A DNA stretch of 64,000 nucleotides from a candidate division WOR-3 bacterium (GTDB lineage Bacteria; Hydrothermota; Hydrothermia; WGAB01), in NCBI GenBank assembly GCA_015490555.1, contig WFXO01000061.1:7221-71220 (forward strand), read 5' to 3'. Numbering within the stretch: position 1 is the first letter of the stretch; every line of letters starts with the position of its first letter. The notes below the pieces were generated by a model. That model saw only the letters and a program-made list of their open reading frames with translations. It was not told the DNA's origin and did no database searches. The translations under genes and the position numbers were made by a program. Shown one piece after another: positions 25,976 to 35,910 of the stretch.

Positions 25976-26863
25976 ATGTCCAATGTGTTCGCGTATTGCT
26001 CTACGATCGAGCAGATGGTAAAAGGCAAGCGTATGGGGGTATTGGTCGGTTTGGTTCTCCTGATGGTTGGAGGACTCAGCGCATATTCGGGGGGACCTCC
26101 TGATGGATATGCTGGGGACCCACCGCAGTATCTCAATTGCACGGTTTGCCACAGTTCGTTTCCGGTGAACAGTGGAGACGGCGAACTCTCGATCCAGGGA
26201 CTCCCCGTATCCTACATGCCCGGAGATACCTACTTGCTTCAAGTCGTGCTCCGTGATCCAGGCCAGAATCGGTGGGGCTTTGAACTGACCGCCGTTACGG
26301 TCCAGGGTCTGCAGGCTGGAACCTTTGCTGTCCTCAATAACCAGGTTCAAATTTCAGAACAACCCGGAGACTTGCGAGACTATGTGAAGCAGACGGCGTC
26401 CGGAACCTTTTTCGGAGATACGATCGCACACTGGTCATTCCTCTGGATCGCCCCTTCGGTCGATGTTGGGCCCGTCCAGTTCTTTGCCGCAGGGAATGCC
26501 GCCAACGGGAACTTTAATACAGCGGGCGATTACATCTACACCCTCTCCGACACTTTGACAAACATTCAGGAACAGACCTCTTTCCCGCATCTTCCGAGCG
26601 TGGATTTCCAGGTATTTCCCAATCCCGTGGTTACCATGGCGACCGTTCAGATCCAGGGGATTCCTTCCTCCCAACCTGTTGAACTCTTCCTTGTACGCCA
26701 CAATGGAAGTCGTGTGGCGACACTTTATCGGGGAACCCTCCCTCCTGGGAAGCACACCGTGGTGTGGAGGCCGGATCCTCGATGGTCTTCGGGCCTTTAC
26801 TTCCTGGTACTGGCCACGCCCCAAGATCGGAAGACCCGTCCGATTCTTTTGTTGAAGCCGTAA
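25976..26863 (+). CDS. Secreted protein with a single CxxCH motif and T9SS-type C-terminal domain
   Basis: Signal ...GVLVGLVLLMVGGLSAYS. GGPPDGYAGDPPQYLNCTVCHS (CxxCH at nt 26138-26152). NRWGFELTAV. Tail FQVFPNPVVTMATVQI...GLYFLVLATPQDRKTRPILLLKP. Confidence 0.75.
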   Translation: MSNVFAYCSTIEQMVKGKRMGVLVGLVLLMVGGLSAYSGGPPDGYAGDPPQYLNCTVCHSSFPVNSGDGELSIQGLPVSYMPGDTYLLQVVLRDPGQNRWGFELTAVTVQGLQAGTFAVLNNQVQISEQPGDLRDYVKQTASGTFFGDTIAHWSFLWIAPSVDVGPVQFFAAGNAANGNFNTAGDYIYTLSDTLTNIQEQTSFPHLPSVDFQVFPNPVVTMATVQIQGIPSSQPVELFLVRHNGSRVATLYRGTLPPGKHTVVWRPDPRWSSGLYFLVLATPQDRKTRPILLLKP

Positions 26864-26917
26864 GAAACGGGACCCGCCTTCGAGCACATCGAAAAGATTT
26901 GTCTAAGACTCCCGTGA

Positions 26918-26946
26918 TTGGTGGTCTTTCGGCGGGTCCTTATAAT
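26918..26946 (+). promoter_or_regulatory. Promoter TTGGTG-17-TATAAT, -10 ends 6 nt before ATG 26953 (leaderless-type)
   Basis: TTGGTG 26918-26923, TATAAT 26941-26946, then ttgggcATG. Near-identical in layout to 36059 (cccgTATAATttgtgtATG). Confidence 0.55.
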
Positions 26947-26952
26947 TTGGGC

Positions 26953-29670
26953 ATGAAGATTCGAAACGGCGTTCTTTTCCTTCTGAGTTTTGGGATCCTT
27001 CAGGGGGTGACCCGAGGACCGGCTCAACCGATCCGGAATCATATCCCGGCGTACGGGATGTCTTTCGTAGACCGGTCCTGGCATTCATCTTCCACTGCCG
27101 TCCCGGGTCAAATCCTCATCTTATGGCGTCCGGATGTCTCTCGTACCCAGCAACTCGAACGTATCCAGGCTTGGGGTCATGAGGTTTATCACGGTCGGTT
27201 TGCCCCCCTCTCTGTGCTCCAACTCGATGCCTCCAAAGCACCCGACGTCGTTATCGAGGCGTTGAGGTCCGATCCTGCAGTTCGAGCCGTGGATCCAAAT
27301 TACCTTCGCCACTTGCTGTGGACCCCCAACGACCCGGCATTTCCCTTGCAGTGGCATTTACAGGAGGGGTACCTGGGCATGCCTACGGCCTGGGATTATG
27401 TACCTACCGGAGGGGATTCCACCATTCGGGTCGGGATTCTGGATTCCGGCGTGGCGTTCGAGGACTATCTGATCCCGGATTACGAACAATCGGAAGTTGC
27501 CGCAGGCTCCCTGATGGCCTACCTTCGGGCCCCGGATTTGGCCCAGACGCATTTCTGGGGTGGCTATGACGCAGTGCACCAGGACTTTCATCCAAACGAT
27601 CAAAACGGCCACGGGACCCATATCGCTGGGGTCATTGCCCAGAGTACAGACAATGGCCTCGATGCAGCGGGCATCGCGTTTGGCATTTCCCTGGTTCCGA
27701 TCCAGGTGGCCAACTACCAGGGGGTTCTGCAGGATGCCTGGATCGTCGACGGCCTGTATTACGCGGACTCCGTAGGGGTCCAGGTTGTGAATATGAGTTT
27801 TGGGGGCCCTGAGCCCTCCTCGGTCCTTCAGACGGCCATCCAAGACCTCGCTTCCCATGACATTTTGCTGGTTGCAGCCACCGGAAATACCGGAGATTCC
27901 ACCTTACTTTACCCTGCCGCCTTCCCTGAGGTGATTGCAGTGGGCGCAACGAACCCCACGGATCACCGTGCGGTCTATTCCAATTACGGCGTGGGGATTG
28001 ATTTGGTTGCACCGGGCGGAGAAGGAAGCCAGGGGATCCTCCAGGAAAGTTTTTCCCGGTTCTACATGTCGGATAGCGTCCTGGCTCGGGTGGACTCCTT
28101 TGCTCTGGTCGGGCTTATCGGGACCTCGGTCGCAGCTCCCCAGGTGAGCGCGGCCTTGGCCCTTTTGCTCTCGATGGGGGCCGATCCCCAGGAAGCCAAA
28201 GCCCTTATTCTCTACACCGCAAAAGACTTAGGGACACCAGGCTATGACCTGGAATATGGCTATGGTCGGTTGGATATTCGAAATGCCGTGGAAACTCTCT
28301 CGGCAGGCGGATTGCCCGTGCTTGACACCCTCCGGTATACCTGGAATCCCCCGTATTTTTACTTTACCGGGAACGACCAACTCGTTTATGAAGCCACCCG
28401 ATATACTCCTGAACAACCCTGTTCTTTGACCACCCTATGGGTCAATTTTGTGAACTACGATACCCTTCAGACGAGAACCAAAGTGTGTACGTTACTGGTG
28501 TGGACAGACCAAGCCGGTGAACCAGGCGAGCCATTGGCCGCCATCCCGATGGAGATCACGTTGCCTCCAGATACCCAAACATGGATCTCTGTGGACCTCC
28601 GTTCGTACCAACTCTACGCAGATGGACCTTTCTGGGTCGGACATGTGGAACCGGATACGGGCGCTCCCACCTCTGTGGTGGACTCGCTCCTCAGCGGAAC
28701 CCACCGCTACCGACCGATTGGAACCACCACGTGGATTCAAGAAACCCAATACGATTACCTCCAGGAGGTCGAAGTCTCGTATTTTTCCTATGTGGACACT
28801 CTCCCTCCGTCTTTTGATGTGTGGATGCTTCGGAACCCTTACCTGGATCGGCTGGTCGATTTCTGGGTCATCTCTTCCGAGATGTTAAAGAATGCGGCCC
28901 CTCCCGAGTCCTGTTGGATTGTTTTGCCGGACAGTTCTCAGGAGCCGATCCTCTTCCAGAACATGGACCGACAGACGTACAAGGCAGACTATTCGATTCC
29001 AGACACAGGAACCTATGTCCTATGGATCAAAGGACGTGACTACAAGGACAACTGGGGCGACACGAACTTTGTCTTTACGGCGGCGAGTTTTGGCCCGTCC
29101 GGAGGTTGGGTCCAGGCCCCGGATCACCGGCTCAGGATCGAAGCACCCGCCGGGGCATTGGAACAAGAAGTGACAATCACGACTTATGTCGAGATTGTCG
29201 AAGGCACACAACGCGTTTATCACAATGGTCCAGAGGGAAAAACCACCGCACTCCCTTTGACGTACCGGGTCCAGATGGACGCTCCCGGTCGGGTCTTTTA
29301 CAAGCAGGGTAACGAGTGGGTAGAGGTTTTCCCAACATACCAGGGGTCTTGGGCAGAGTTTGAACTTTCGGGCATTTACCCCATCCAGGTTTCTGGCGAG
29401 TCTTTACGCCCCGTACTTCTGAATCGTCAGATCTTGATCCGACCGATGGCTCGACTGCAACTTTACATCCCTGCCAACTGGCTTACGCCCATGGTAGAAA
29501 TCTACGCTTTGACAGGACAGAGGGTGGCCAAGATCCCACTTCCTGAGCCATCTCCTTCCGGTTTGACCTCTTTTTCTGTTCCCTCTCTGGTTTCCGGACT
29601 TTATTTCCTCTCGATCCGTTCCCAGGGACATCCGCCGATTTCCCTTGGGAAGGTGATCGTGATCCGCTGA
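26953..29670 (+). CDS. S8 (subtilisin) family serine peptidase with large C-terminal region and T9SS-type sorting domain
   Basis: Start taken at MKIRNGVLFLLSFGILQG (the track ORF starts upstream at 26764, overlapping the previous gene). Catalytic triad contexts are GILDSGV (D), HGTHIAGVIA (H) and GTSVAAPQVSAALALL (S). Tail ...GLYFLSIRSQGHPPISLGKVIVIR. Confidence 0.9.
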   Translation: MKIRNGVLFLLSFGILQGVTRGPAQPIRNHIPAYGMSFVDRSWHSSSTAVPGQILILWRPDVSRTQQLERIQAWGHEVYHGRFAPLSVLQLDASKAPDVVIEALRSDPAVRAVDPNYLRHLLWTPNDPAFPLQWHLQEGYLGMPTAWDYVPTGGDSTIRVGILDSGVAFEDYLIPDYEQSEVAAGSLMAYLRAPDLAQTHFWGGYDAVHQDFHPNDQNGHGTHIAGVIAQSTDNGLDAAGIAFGISLVPIQVANYQGVLQDAWIVDGLYYADSVGVQVVNMSFGGPEPSSVLQTAIQDLASHDILLVAATGNTGDSTLLYPAAFPEVIAVGATNPTDHRAVYSNYGVGIDLVAPGGEGSQGILQESFSRFYMSDSVLARVDSFALVGLIGTSVAAPQVSAALALLLSMGADPQEAKALILYTAKDLGTPGYDLEYGYGRLDIRNAVETLSAGGLPVLDTLRYTWNPPYFYFTGNDQLVYEATRYTPEQPCSLTTLWVNFVNYDTLQTRTKVCTLLVWTDQAGEPGEPLAAIPMEITLPPDTQTWISVDLRSYQLYADGPFWVGHVEPDTGAPTSVVDSLLSGTHRYRPIGTTTWIQETQYDYLQEVEVSYFSYVDTLPPSFDVWMLRNPYLDRLVDFWVISSEMLKNAAPPESCWIVLPDSSQEPILFQNMDRQTYKADYSIPDTGTYVLWIKGRDYKDNWGDTNFVFTAASFGPSGGWVQAPDHRLRIEAPAGALEQEVTITTYVEIVEGTQRVYHNGPEGKTTALPLTYRVQMDAPGRVFYKQGNEWVEVFPTYQGSWAEFELSGIYPIQVSGESLRPVLLNRQILIRPMARLQLYIPANWLTPMVEIYALTGQRVAKIPLPEPSPSGLTSFSVPSLVSGLYFLSIRSQGHPPISLGKVIVIR

Positions 29671-29692
29671 TCGGCCCTCTTTCGACAGCGTC

Positions 29693-30706
29693 ATGGATCT
29701 TCGTCGGCTTCTGATCCCTCTAGAGGTCCTTTATCGGGTAGGGCTCGGGGTCCATCAGCGGTGGCAAACCCGCAAGCCACCATTTTATCCTGAGGTTCCC
29801 ACGATCGGGGTCGGCAACTTACGAGTCGGAGGGACCGGAAAGACCCCGATGGTCCTATGGTTGGCCCGACAGTTGCTTCCTGGATACACCGTCGGCATTG
29901 TTACGCGGGGATATCGCAGGAAGACCAAACGGCCCTTGTGGATTCGACCTGGGCAAGACCCCAAGGTCCAGGAAATTGGTGACGAGCCTTACTTGCTTTA
30001 CCAGCAACTGGACCGGGCGGTCCATCTCTGGGTCGGCACAGACCGTGTTCAGGGGATCCAGACCTTGAGCCGTGCCGGCGTCCAGGTCCTTCTTTTGGAC
30101 GACAACTTCCAGGACCTGCGCGTCCGTCCCCATGTCCAGATTGTGTTGGTTGTCCCGGAGGATCTCTCCGGGAGTCGGCTCCTTCCGGCCGGCTTCCTTC
30201 GCGAGCCCTTAGAGGCCCTTCGGCGAGCAGATCTTCTGGTCTTCAATGTCAAAGATGAGCCTTTGACCCTACCCTCGAATTGGGACCCTCCCCGTCCGGT
30301 CTGGCTGCTGCGGTATCAGATCCGGTTTTTCCGGGAAGCTCAATCGGGGAAACGCGTGAGAGTTCAGGATTTTCAACCGCAACGGGTAATGGTTGTCTGT
30401 GGCATTGCCGATCCGCAGAGTTTCCTAAGGATGTTGGTCCGTTTAGGGCTTCCCATTGTAGCCGTGCAAACCTATTGGGATCACACCTGGTACTCCGATC
30501 GCCGGCTGGAGTCCATCCGAAAACTGGCGGACCGGGTCCAGGCCGATGTCATTGTAACGACAGAAAAGGACTGGGTTCGGATGGAGGGCCGGCTCCCCCG
30601 GGTCTGGATCCCTGAATTGGAGTTGGTGATGGAAAATGAACAGGGGTTCTTCGACACCCTGGCGCAACGTTTAGGTATGGACCTTCCGAAACGCGAAGCC
30701 GGCTAA
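29693..30706 (+). CDS. lpxK: Tetraacyldisaccharide 4'-kinase LpxK
   Basis: 337 aa. VPTIGVGNLRVGGTGKTPMVLWLA and VTRGYRR. Confidence 0.9.
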   Translation: MDLRRLLIPLEVLYRVGLGVHQRWQTRKPPFYPEVPTIGVGNLRVGGTGKTPMVLWLARQLLPGYTVGIVTRGYRRKTKRPLWIRPGQDPKVQEIGDEPYLLYQQLDRAVHLWVGTDRVQGIQTLSRAGVQVLLLDDNFQDLRVRPHVQIVLVVPEDLSGSRLLPAGFLREPLEALRRADLLVFNVKDEPLTLPSNWDPPRPVWLLRYQIRFFREAQSGKRVRVQDFQPQRVMVVCGIADPQSFLRMLVRLGLPIVAVQTYWDHTWYSDRRLESIRKLADRVQADVIVTTEKDWVRMEGRLPRVWIPELELVMENEQGFFDTLAQRLGMDLPKREAG

Positions 30707-31789
30707 GGCCAGGAAAATCAAGTTGGGGAACCAGGCCGAGAACAGGGGGTTGAGTTTCCCAACCCCGGCCATCGACCGGGTGGCCTGCAGGACTCCCCAG
30801 TAAAAGAACGCCAGAAAGACCGCAAGCCCGAAGGCATAGGCCCGTCCCCGCCCGCGCATCTGGACGGACAGGGCCAACGCAAACAAAAGGACGATGAGGT
30901 TGGCAAAGGGGAACGAGAACCGGATGTGAAGTTCCACGGTCTCCCGTTTTCGGTCCAGTCCTGCGGTCTTTAGGTTTTGGATCAACGTCCAGAGTTCCCG
31001 GACATTCAACTCCTTGAGTTCTCGTTTTTCCTTTAGGATTTTGAAGGGACTGTCCCGAAGATCTGGATAAGCCCGTTCCTCGAACCGTTCCACCTGCTCT
31101 TCGTTTTCGTGGAAGATCCGTTCAGTGCCGAAGGAAAAGACCCAGTGCCCGTTGACGAATCTTCCTTCCCGTGCATCAATGCGGGTCTGGAGTTCACCGT
31201 TCTTAAATTGCATCACGATGACGCCGCGGGCAGTGTTTCGGTTGGCGTCAATCCGCTCGAAGTAATACAACACCCCCTTAGGGCTGAAGAAGGAGAAGTC
31301 TCGGGCCACGATCCTCTGTTCCGGTGTTTTTCTATGGTCAATTTCGATTTCCTTAATTTCTCGGACTTTCCGGTTGCTTGAGGGGACAACGAGATCATTG
31401 ACGAGGAAGGAGACTCCGGTCAGGAGGAGACCGGTGAGGACCAGCGGCCGCAGGATCCGGTAGACGGACACCCCTACGGCCTTCATCGCCAGGATCTCGT
31501 GGTGGCGAGCCATCTCCCCCACGGAGAGAAACGCTGCCAGAAGCCCACCGACCGGAGAGAACAGCACATAGAGTGCCGGGAGTTGGAACCAGTAATACCG
31601 CACAATGGAAAACGGAGCCGCCCGTCGATCCACAAACCGATCCAGTTGCTCGAAGAAGTTCACCAGGATGAAGATGAAGATCACCCCGGCGACCATAAGA
31701 AAGAAGAGGCTGAAGAACTGGCGAAGCAGGTAGGCATCAAAGATCTTCAGCCGGAGAGGGAAGCGAAGGCTCCGAATTCGCCGCGTCAT
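30671..31789 (-). CDS. LptF/LptG (YjgP/YjgQ) family LPS export permease
   Basis: Start taken at MTRRIRSLRFPLRLKIFDAYLLRQFFSLFFLMVAGVIFIFILVNFFEQLDRF (ATG 31789). Six TM helices plus a periplasmic beta-jellyroll region. The 3' end overlaps lpxK by 36 nt (convergent). Confidence 0.85.
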   Translation of the reverse strand: MTRRIRSLRFPLRLKIFDAYLLRQFFSLFFLMVAGVIFIFILVNFFEQLDRFVDRRAAPFSIVRYYWFQLPALYVLFSPVGGLLAAFLSVGEMARHHEILAMKAVGVSVYRILRPLVLTGLLLTGVSFLVNDLVVPSSNRKVREIKEIEIDHRKTPEQRIVARDFSFFSPKGVLYYFERIDANRNTARGVIVMQFKNGELQTRIDAREGRFVNGHWVFSFGTERIFHENEEQVERFEERAYPDLRDSPFKILKEKRELKELNVRELWTLIQNLKTAGLDRKRETVELHIRFSFPFANLIVLLFALALSVQMRGRGRAYAFGLAVFLAFFYWGVLQATRSMAGVGKLNPLFSAWFPNLIFLALAGFAFRKVHT

Positions 31790-31799
31790 TGGCACAATT

Positions 31800-33044
31800 T
31801 TAAAGGGCTGGCGGTCCCGGAGGCTCGGATCGGATTGGAGACGGTGAAACCACAATCCGAGCCCAAATCCAGAGGGCGATCGCCACAACGAGCAAGTCAG
31901 ACCATAGGGCGAGTACCTGGGTCCACCGCCCCCCCAGAGTCTTAGGCCAAATCCCGGTAAGGGGGATCAGGGCCAGGAGGAGAATGAGAATCCCGACACG
32001 GAGGGCTGGCAGCCCCGGGCTCCAGGCAACGCCCCAACGACGTTGAACCGCGGTAAAGATCCCCAGGGTGCCGAAGCCCAGCAGAAGGATGTGGAGGTAA
32101 GGGATCCGGAACCCATTGTAGAGTGCCCACCGAGCCACCGGTGGGATGGTGTATCCCAACTCCATCACGGCTTTGACGAGCAAAAAGGCCAGGGGCACAC
32201 GCCAGGGAGTGGCCGATGCCCATGCCGGCCAAGCCATCAGGGCAACCCCAATGGCAACCAGCGCGCCACCGACGGCTGCAGGGATGAGCAGGGCCTGCGG
32301 TAAAACCGTGTGTGGTAACGAGAGCAGGACCGAAAAGGGGAGCCCGACGGCCAACATCCAGGTCCCCCATCGGACGGTGGGACCTGGCGTGGGAAGGTCT
32401 GCTATGAGAAGAGCCAACAACGCAAAGATGAGCCAGCCATCTGTGAAGAGGACAAGAAAGGTGTGGACCATGAGAGAGGTCCAGAACGGATCCTGAACCT
32501 GTAGGCGGACCAGAACAAGGCGACCCCACGCACCCAGCGAAGAGAGCACCAGGAAGAACATCGCCAGATCCAGGAGGCGGAGGCTCAGAGATCGGGTGAC
32601 GGTCCAGGTTACCCGGAGGTACAGGGCAATGAAGAGGTACCATGCCAGGATGTTCCATGAAGAGAAGATGGGGGCCAGGGGAAGGCGGAGTGTGCCAAAG
32701 GAGGCCGGACCATATCCGTGCAACAAGAACGGTGGATAGGTGAGAAAGCCAAGGAGTACGGTGGCAAAGATCACCCAGTTTGTCCAGGACGGCCAGGCCT
32801 TTCGGGTGATGCGTTCGACTTCGGCCTTGATAAGAAGAAACAGCGCAGGGATGACCCAACTAAAGAACATCAGGTGGGAATGGGCGTGCCGGATATGGGT
32901 CGGGGAGAGGATCTCGGGGGATCCCGAGAGCAATTTCCATCGGTAGAGGGCGCCCGTGAAGCCTGCAATGAGAAAGCCAAACAGACTGCCTGCCCACAGG
33001 ATCCGCTCAGAAAGTAGAGGTTGGGGATTAGACCGCGTGGGCAT
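31800..33044 (-). CDS. Polytopic (about 12 TM) membrane protein of unknown function with His-rich TM motifs
   Basis: 414 aa. HIRHAHSHLMFFSWV, MVHTFLVLFTDGW, IPYLHILLLGFGTLG. A possible NnrS-like or heme/copper-binding fold is only a guess. Confidence 0.6.
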   Translation of the reverse strand: MPTRSNPQPLLSERILWAGSLFGFLIAGFTGALYRWKLLSGSPEILSPTHIRHAHSHLMFFSWVIPALFLLIKAEVERITRKAWPSWTNWVIFATVLLGFLTYPPFLLHGYGPASFGTLRLPLAPIFSSWNILAWYLFIALYLRVTWTVTRSLSLRLLDLAMFFLVLSSLGAWGRLVLVRLQVQDPFWTSLMVHTFLVLFTDGWLIFALLALLIADLPTPGPTVRWGTWMLAVGLPFSVLLSLPHTVLPQALLIPAAVGGALVAIGVALMAWPAWASATPWRVPLAFLLVKAVMELGYTIPPVARWALYNGFRIPYLHILLLGFGTLGIFTAVQRRWGVAWSPGLPALRVGILILLLALIPLTGIWPKTLGGRWTQVLALWSDLLVVAIALWIWARIVVSPSPIRSEPPGPPAL

Positions 33045-33747
33045 CGTTCCACCTCAAGGCCTGGATCCGGGAGAGGTCGCGTAGGGTGTCAATATCCAGC
33101 CAGAGTTCGCCCTGGACAGGCAATGCAAAGGCCTCCCCATAATCCGCCGCTTGTTGAACACCCTGTGTAACAGATCCTCGGGTTGTAGAGAGCCAGTGGA
33201 AGAAGCGTGGCGTTGCCAGGAAGAGCCCTGTATCAATGCCGTCGAAGGCGTCTAAGTGCTTGCCAATCTTTCGGATCCGTGTTCCGTCCAGTTGCACTTT
33301 CGTGGCCTCTTTGAGGTCCAGCCAGGGGCCGGGGGCCTGATCAACCACCAAGCACACAGCCCCTTGCTTCCAAGTCGTCCAGGCCGCCTGTTGGATCATT
33401 CTGTGCGAAAGGAAGTGATCTCCCATCAGAAAGAGAAAGGGTTCGTACGGTGGAATCCATCTCTGAGCCATCAAAAGGGATGTGCCGTTGGTGGTTTGAA
33501 ACCAGTGAGGGTTGTGGACCACGCGGATTTTGAGACGGTAGTCAGTTCGATGGAGCCCCACCCAGAGCCAGAGCCGGTCTGCGCGGGCACCAGATACGAT
33601 CAAAACCTCCCGAATTCCCGCGTGTTGCAAGGCCTTCAAAGTGTGAGCCAAGAGCGGACGCAGTCCAATGGACACAAGGGTCTTCGGAATAGGGATGCCC
33701 AGGCGGGTCCCGTCACCGGCAGCGAGAATGACAGCCTTCCGAACCAT
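33028..33747 (-). CDS. Sugar/alcohol-phosphate nucleotidyltransferase (NTP_transferase, LicC/cytidylyltransferase-like)
   Basis: 239 aa. N-terminal KAVILAAGDGTRLG..IPKTLV signature. Confidence 0.8.
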   Translation of the reverse strand: MVRKAVILAAGDGTRLGIPIPKTLVSIGLRPLLAHTLKALQHAGIREVLIVSGARADRLWLWVGLHRTDYRLKIRVVHNPHWFQTTNGTSLLMAQRWIPPYEPFLFLMGDHFLSHRMIQQAAWTTWKQGAVCLVVDQAPGPWLDLKEATKVQLDGTRIRKIGKHLDAFDGIDTGLFLATPRFFHWLSTTRGSVTQGVQQAADYGEAFALPVQGELWLDIDTLRDLSRIQALRWNDAHAV

Positions 33748-33750
33748 CCC

Positions 33751-34470
33751 CTATGCCGTTTCCAGCCGAAACGGGTTGAAGTCCGTATCCCAGTCGTAAT
33801 AGTCTTCCTGCTCCTTCTCTTTCAGGAAGTTGACCACTGCGTAGGTCACCGGGGTCATGATCGCCTCGATCCCAACCTTGAAAATGTAGTTGGTCAGGAT
33901 CAGGGAGGCCATGAGGACTGGAGGGAAGACGCCGAACAGGGTGGCCACGGAAACAAAGACCACGGTATCCACCCCTTCTCCGACCAGGGTACTGCCGATG
34001 GTCCGGGTCCATAGCCATTTTCCCCGTGTGAGGAGTTTCATCTTAGCGAGGACATAGGAGTTGGAAAACTCGCCGAGCCAGTAGCCCAGGAGACTGGCTA
34101 AAACGATCCCACCCGAGGTCATTCCTCCGAGGATGACATCATAGGCATGTTGTCCGGCGTATTGCTCCCACGTCGCCTCACCCGGCAGGATTTTCACGAT
34201 GAAGAAGAGGACACTGGTGAGTGCGAGACACGCAAAGCCCGCCCAGATGACCCTTCGGGATCGCCGATATCCATAGACCTCGGTCAGGATGTCGCCGAAG
34301 ATGTAACTGACCGGGAAAAGGAGGGTCCCGGCATCAAAGGCCAGGCGCGTCCCGAACAGAGAGATTCCCCAGTCGATAATTTTGGCCGATGAAAGGATGT
34401 TGCTCACGATCAGCACGGTCACAAAGGTGACCATGATCAAGTCATAGTACTTGTAGGTCTTGTGATGCAT
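33751..34470 (-). CDS. yhhQ: YhhQ/VUT family queuosine-precursor transporter
   Basis: 239 aa. LFPVSYIFGDILTEVYGYRRSRRVIW and multiple TM helices. Confidence 0.8.
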   Translation of the reverse strand: MHHKTYKYYDLIMVTFVTVLIVSNILSSAKIIDWGISLFGTRLAFDAGTLLFPVSYIFGDILTEVYGYRRSRRVIWAGFACLALTSVLFFIVKILPGEATWEQYAGQHAYDVILGGMTSGGIVLASLLGYWLGEFSNSYVLAKMKLLTRGKWLWTRTIGSTLVGEGVDTVVFVSVATLFGVFPPVLMASLILTNYIFKVGIEAIMTPVTYAVVNFLKEKEQEDYYDWDTDFNPFRLETA

Positions 34471-34489
34471 GGCTCCTTCCCTTTGGGGC

Positions 34490-35884
34490 TCAATGGCCGG
34501 GTATCTCGAATCCCGAGAGATCGACCTCTGGAAAGGCCGAAAGTTTCGATTTGATCAACTCACAGATCTCCTGGAGCCGTTCGGGTGTTTTTCCTTCGCA
34601 TCGGACCACTAAGACCGGTTGGGTGTTGGAAGCACGGACCAAGCCGAAACCATCGTCGAACTGGACTCGTGCACCGTCTATGTCGATGACGTGGTATCCT
34701 TCATCTTTGAACCGTTGGACGATCTGAGCCACGACGTCGAACTTCCGGTCGTCCGGGCATCCGACACGGATTTCCGGGGTAGAGTGGTAGGCCGGGATTT
34801 CCGCCACCAGGTCGGAGAGTTTTCGGTCGGTCTTCGAAAGGATCTCTAAGAGCCGCATAGAGGCGTGGATGGCGTCATCGTATCCAAAATACCGATCCTG
34901 GAAAAAGATGTGGCCAGACATCTCACCGGCGAGAGGGGCCTGAACTTCTTTCAACTTGGCTTTTAACAGGGAGTGCCCGGTCTTCCACATGAGAGGTTGA
35001 CCGCCTTTCTTCTGGATATATTCGACCAGGCCCTGAGAACATTTCACGTCGAACACAATGGTTGCCCCGGGGTACCGCTCGAGGATCTCGCCTGCAAAGA
35101 TCCCCAGGATCCGATCACCAAACAAAAGGGTACCGGTGTCATCTACCACCCCGATCCGGTCGGCGTCTCCGTCCAACCCGATGCCCAGGTCCAGGTTTTC
35201 CCGTTGGACAGTCTGGATCAAGTCCTGCATATATTGCACGACTGTGGGATCGGCCAGATGATTGGGGAACGTGCCATCAGGCTCTAAGTAGAGGCCAATA
35301 AACTCGATTCCGTAGGCGTCCAGAAGATCTTTCATAAGAGGGCCTGCAGTGCCGTTTCCCGTGTCAATAGCGAGTCGGAACCTGGGCTCGATGTGGATGT
35401 GTTCCCGGGTCCAGTCGATATAAGGGGACACAATGTCCACGGTTTGGCGGGTCCCTCGCTCATGGGTCTTCAGGTAGTTCTCTGTTTCAATCCGTTTCCG
35501 AAGGTCCTGGATGCCATCGCCATAGACCGTGTCTTTGCCGAGGTTAATTTTGAAGCCGTTGTATTCCGGGGGGTTGTGGGAAGCGGTGACCTGGATACCG
35601 CCATGAACGTCTAACTGGAACAGCGCAAAGTACATGAGAGGCGTTGGGACCGTGCCGAGATCCAGAACAGAGACGCCAGTGTCGCGGAGGCCGTCGATGA
35701 GGGCGTCTTTGAGAGGGGTGGAGTGGGGCCGCACATCTTGTCCGACCGCAATCCGGCTCCCACCTCCCTCTTTCAGCACAGAGCCATAGGCCCGGCCCAA
35801 GTGATAGGCCAAATCTTCCGTGATTTCTTGACCTGCAATGCCGCGAATGTCGTACTTCCGAAAGATTGACTGATGGACTTGCAT
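34490..35884 (-). CDS. Phosphomannomutase/phosphoglucomutase (alpha-D-phosphohexomutase)
   Basis: Active-site TASHNPPEYNGFK. Mg loop GLDGDADR. Start taken at ATG 35884 (MQVHQSIFRKYDIRG), which has a GGAGGT Shine-Dalgarno. The track start 35911 is a TTG. Confidence 0.9.
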   Translation of the reverse strand: MQVHQSIFRKYDIRGIAGQEITEDLAYHLGRAYGSVLKEGGGSRIAVGQDVRPHSTPLKDALIDGLRDTGVSVLDLGTVPTPLMYFALFQLDVHGGIQVTASHNPPEYNGFKINLGKDTVYGDGIQDLRKRIETENYLKTHERGTRQTVDIVSPYIDWTREHIHIEPRFRLAIDTGNGTAGPLMKDLLDAYGIEFIGLYLEPDGTFPNHLADPTVVQYMQDLIQTVQRENLDLGIGLDGDADRIGVVDDTGTLLFGDRILGIFAGEILERYPGATIVFDVKCSQGLVEYIQKKGGQPLMWKTGHSLLKAKLKEVQAPLAGEMSGHIFFQDRYFGYDDAIHASMRLLEILSKTDRKLSDLVAEIPAYHSTPEIRVGCPDDRKFDVVAQIVQRFKDEGYHVIDIDGARVQFDDGFGLVRASNTQPVLVVRCEGKTPERLQEICELIKSKLSAFPEVDLSGFEIPGH

Positions 35885-35910
35885 GGTGGAAACCTCCGGT
35901 TGAGATGTCA

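Noticed and set aside
31942-32859. 305-aa ORF in an alternative frame of the same strand as the 414-aa membrane protein gene
   Set aside because: The sequence is Pro/Gly/Arg/Ser-rich junk. The overlapping frame encodes regular TM helices and fits the operon junctions.
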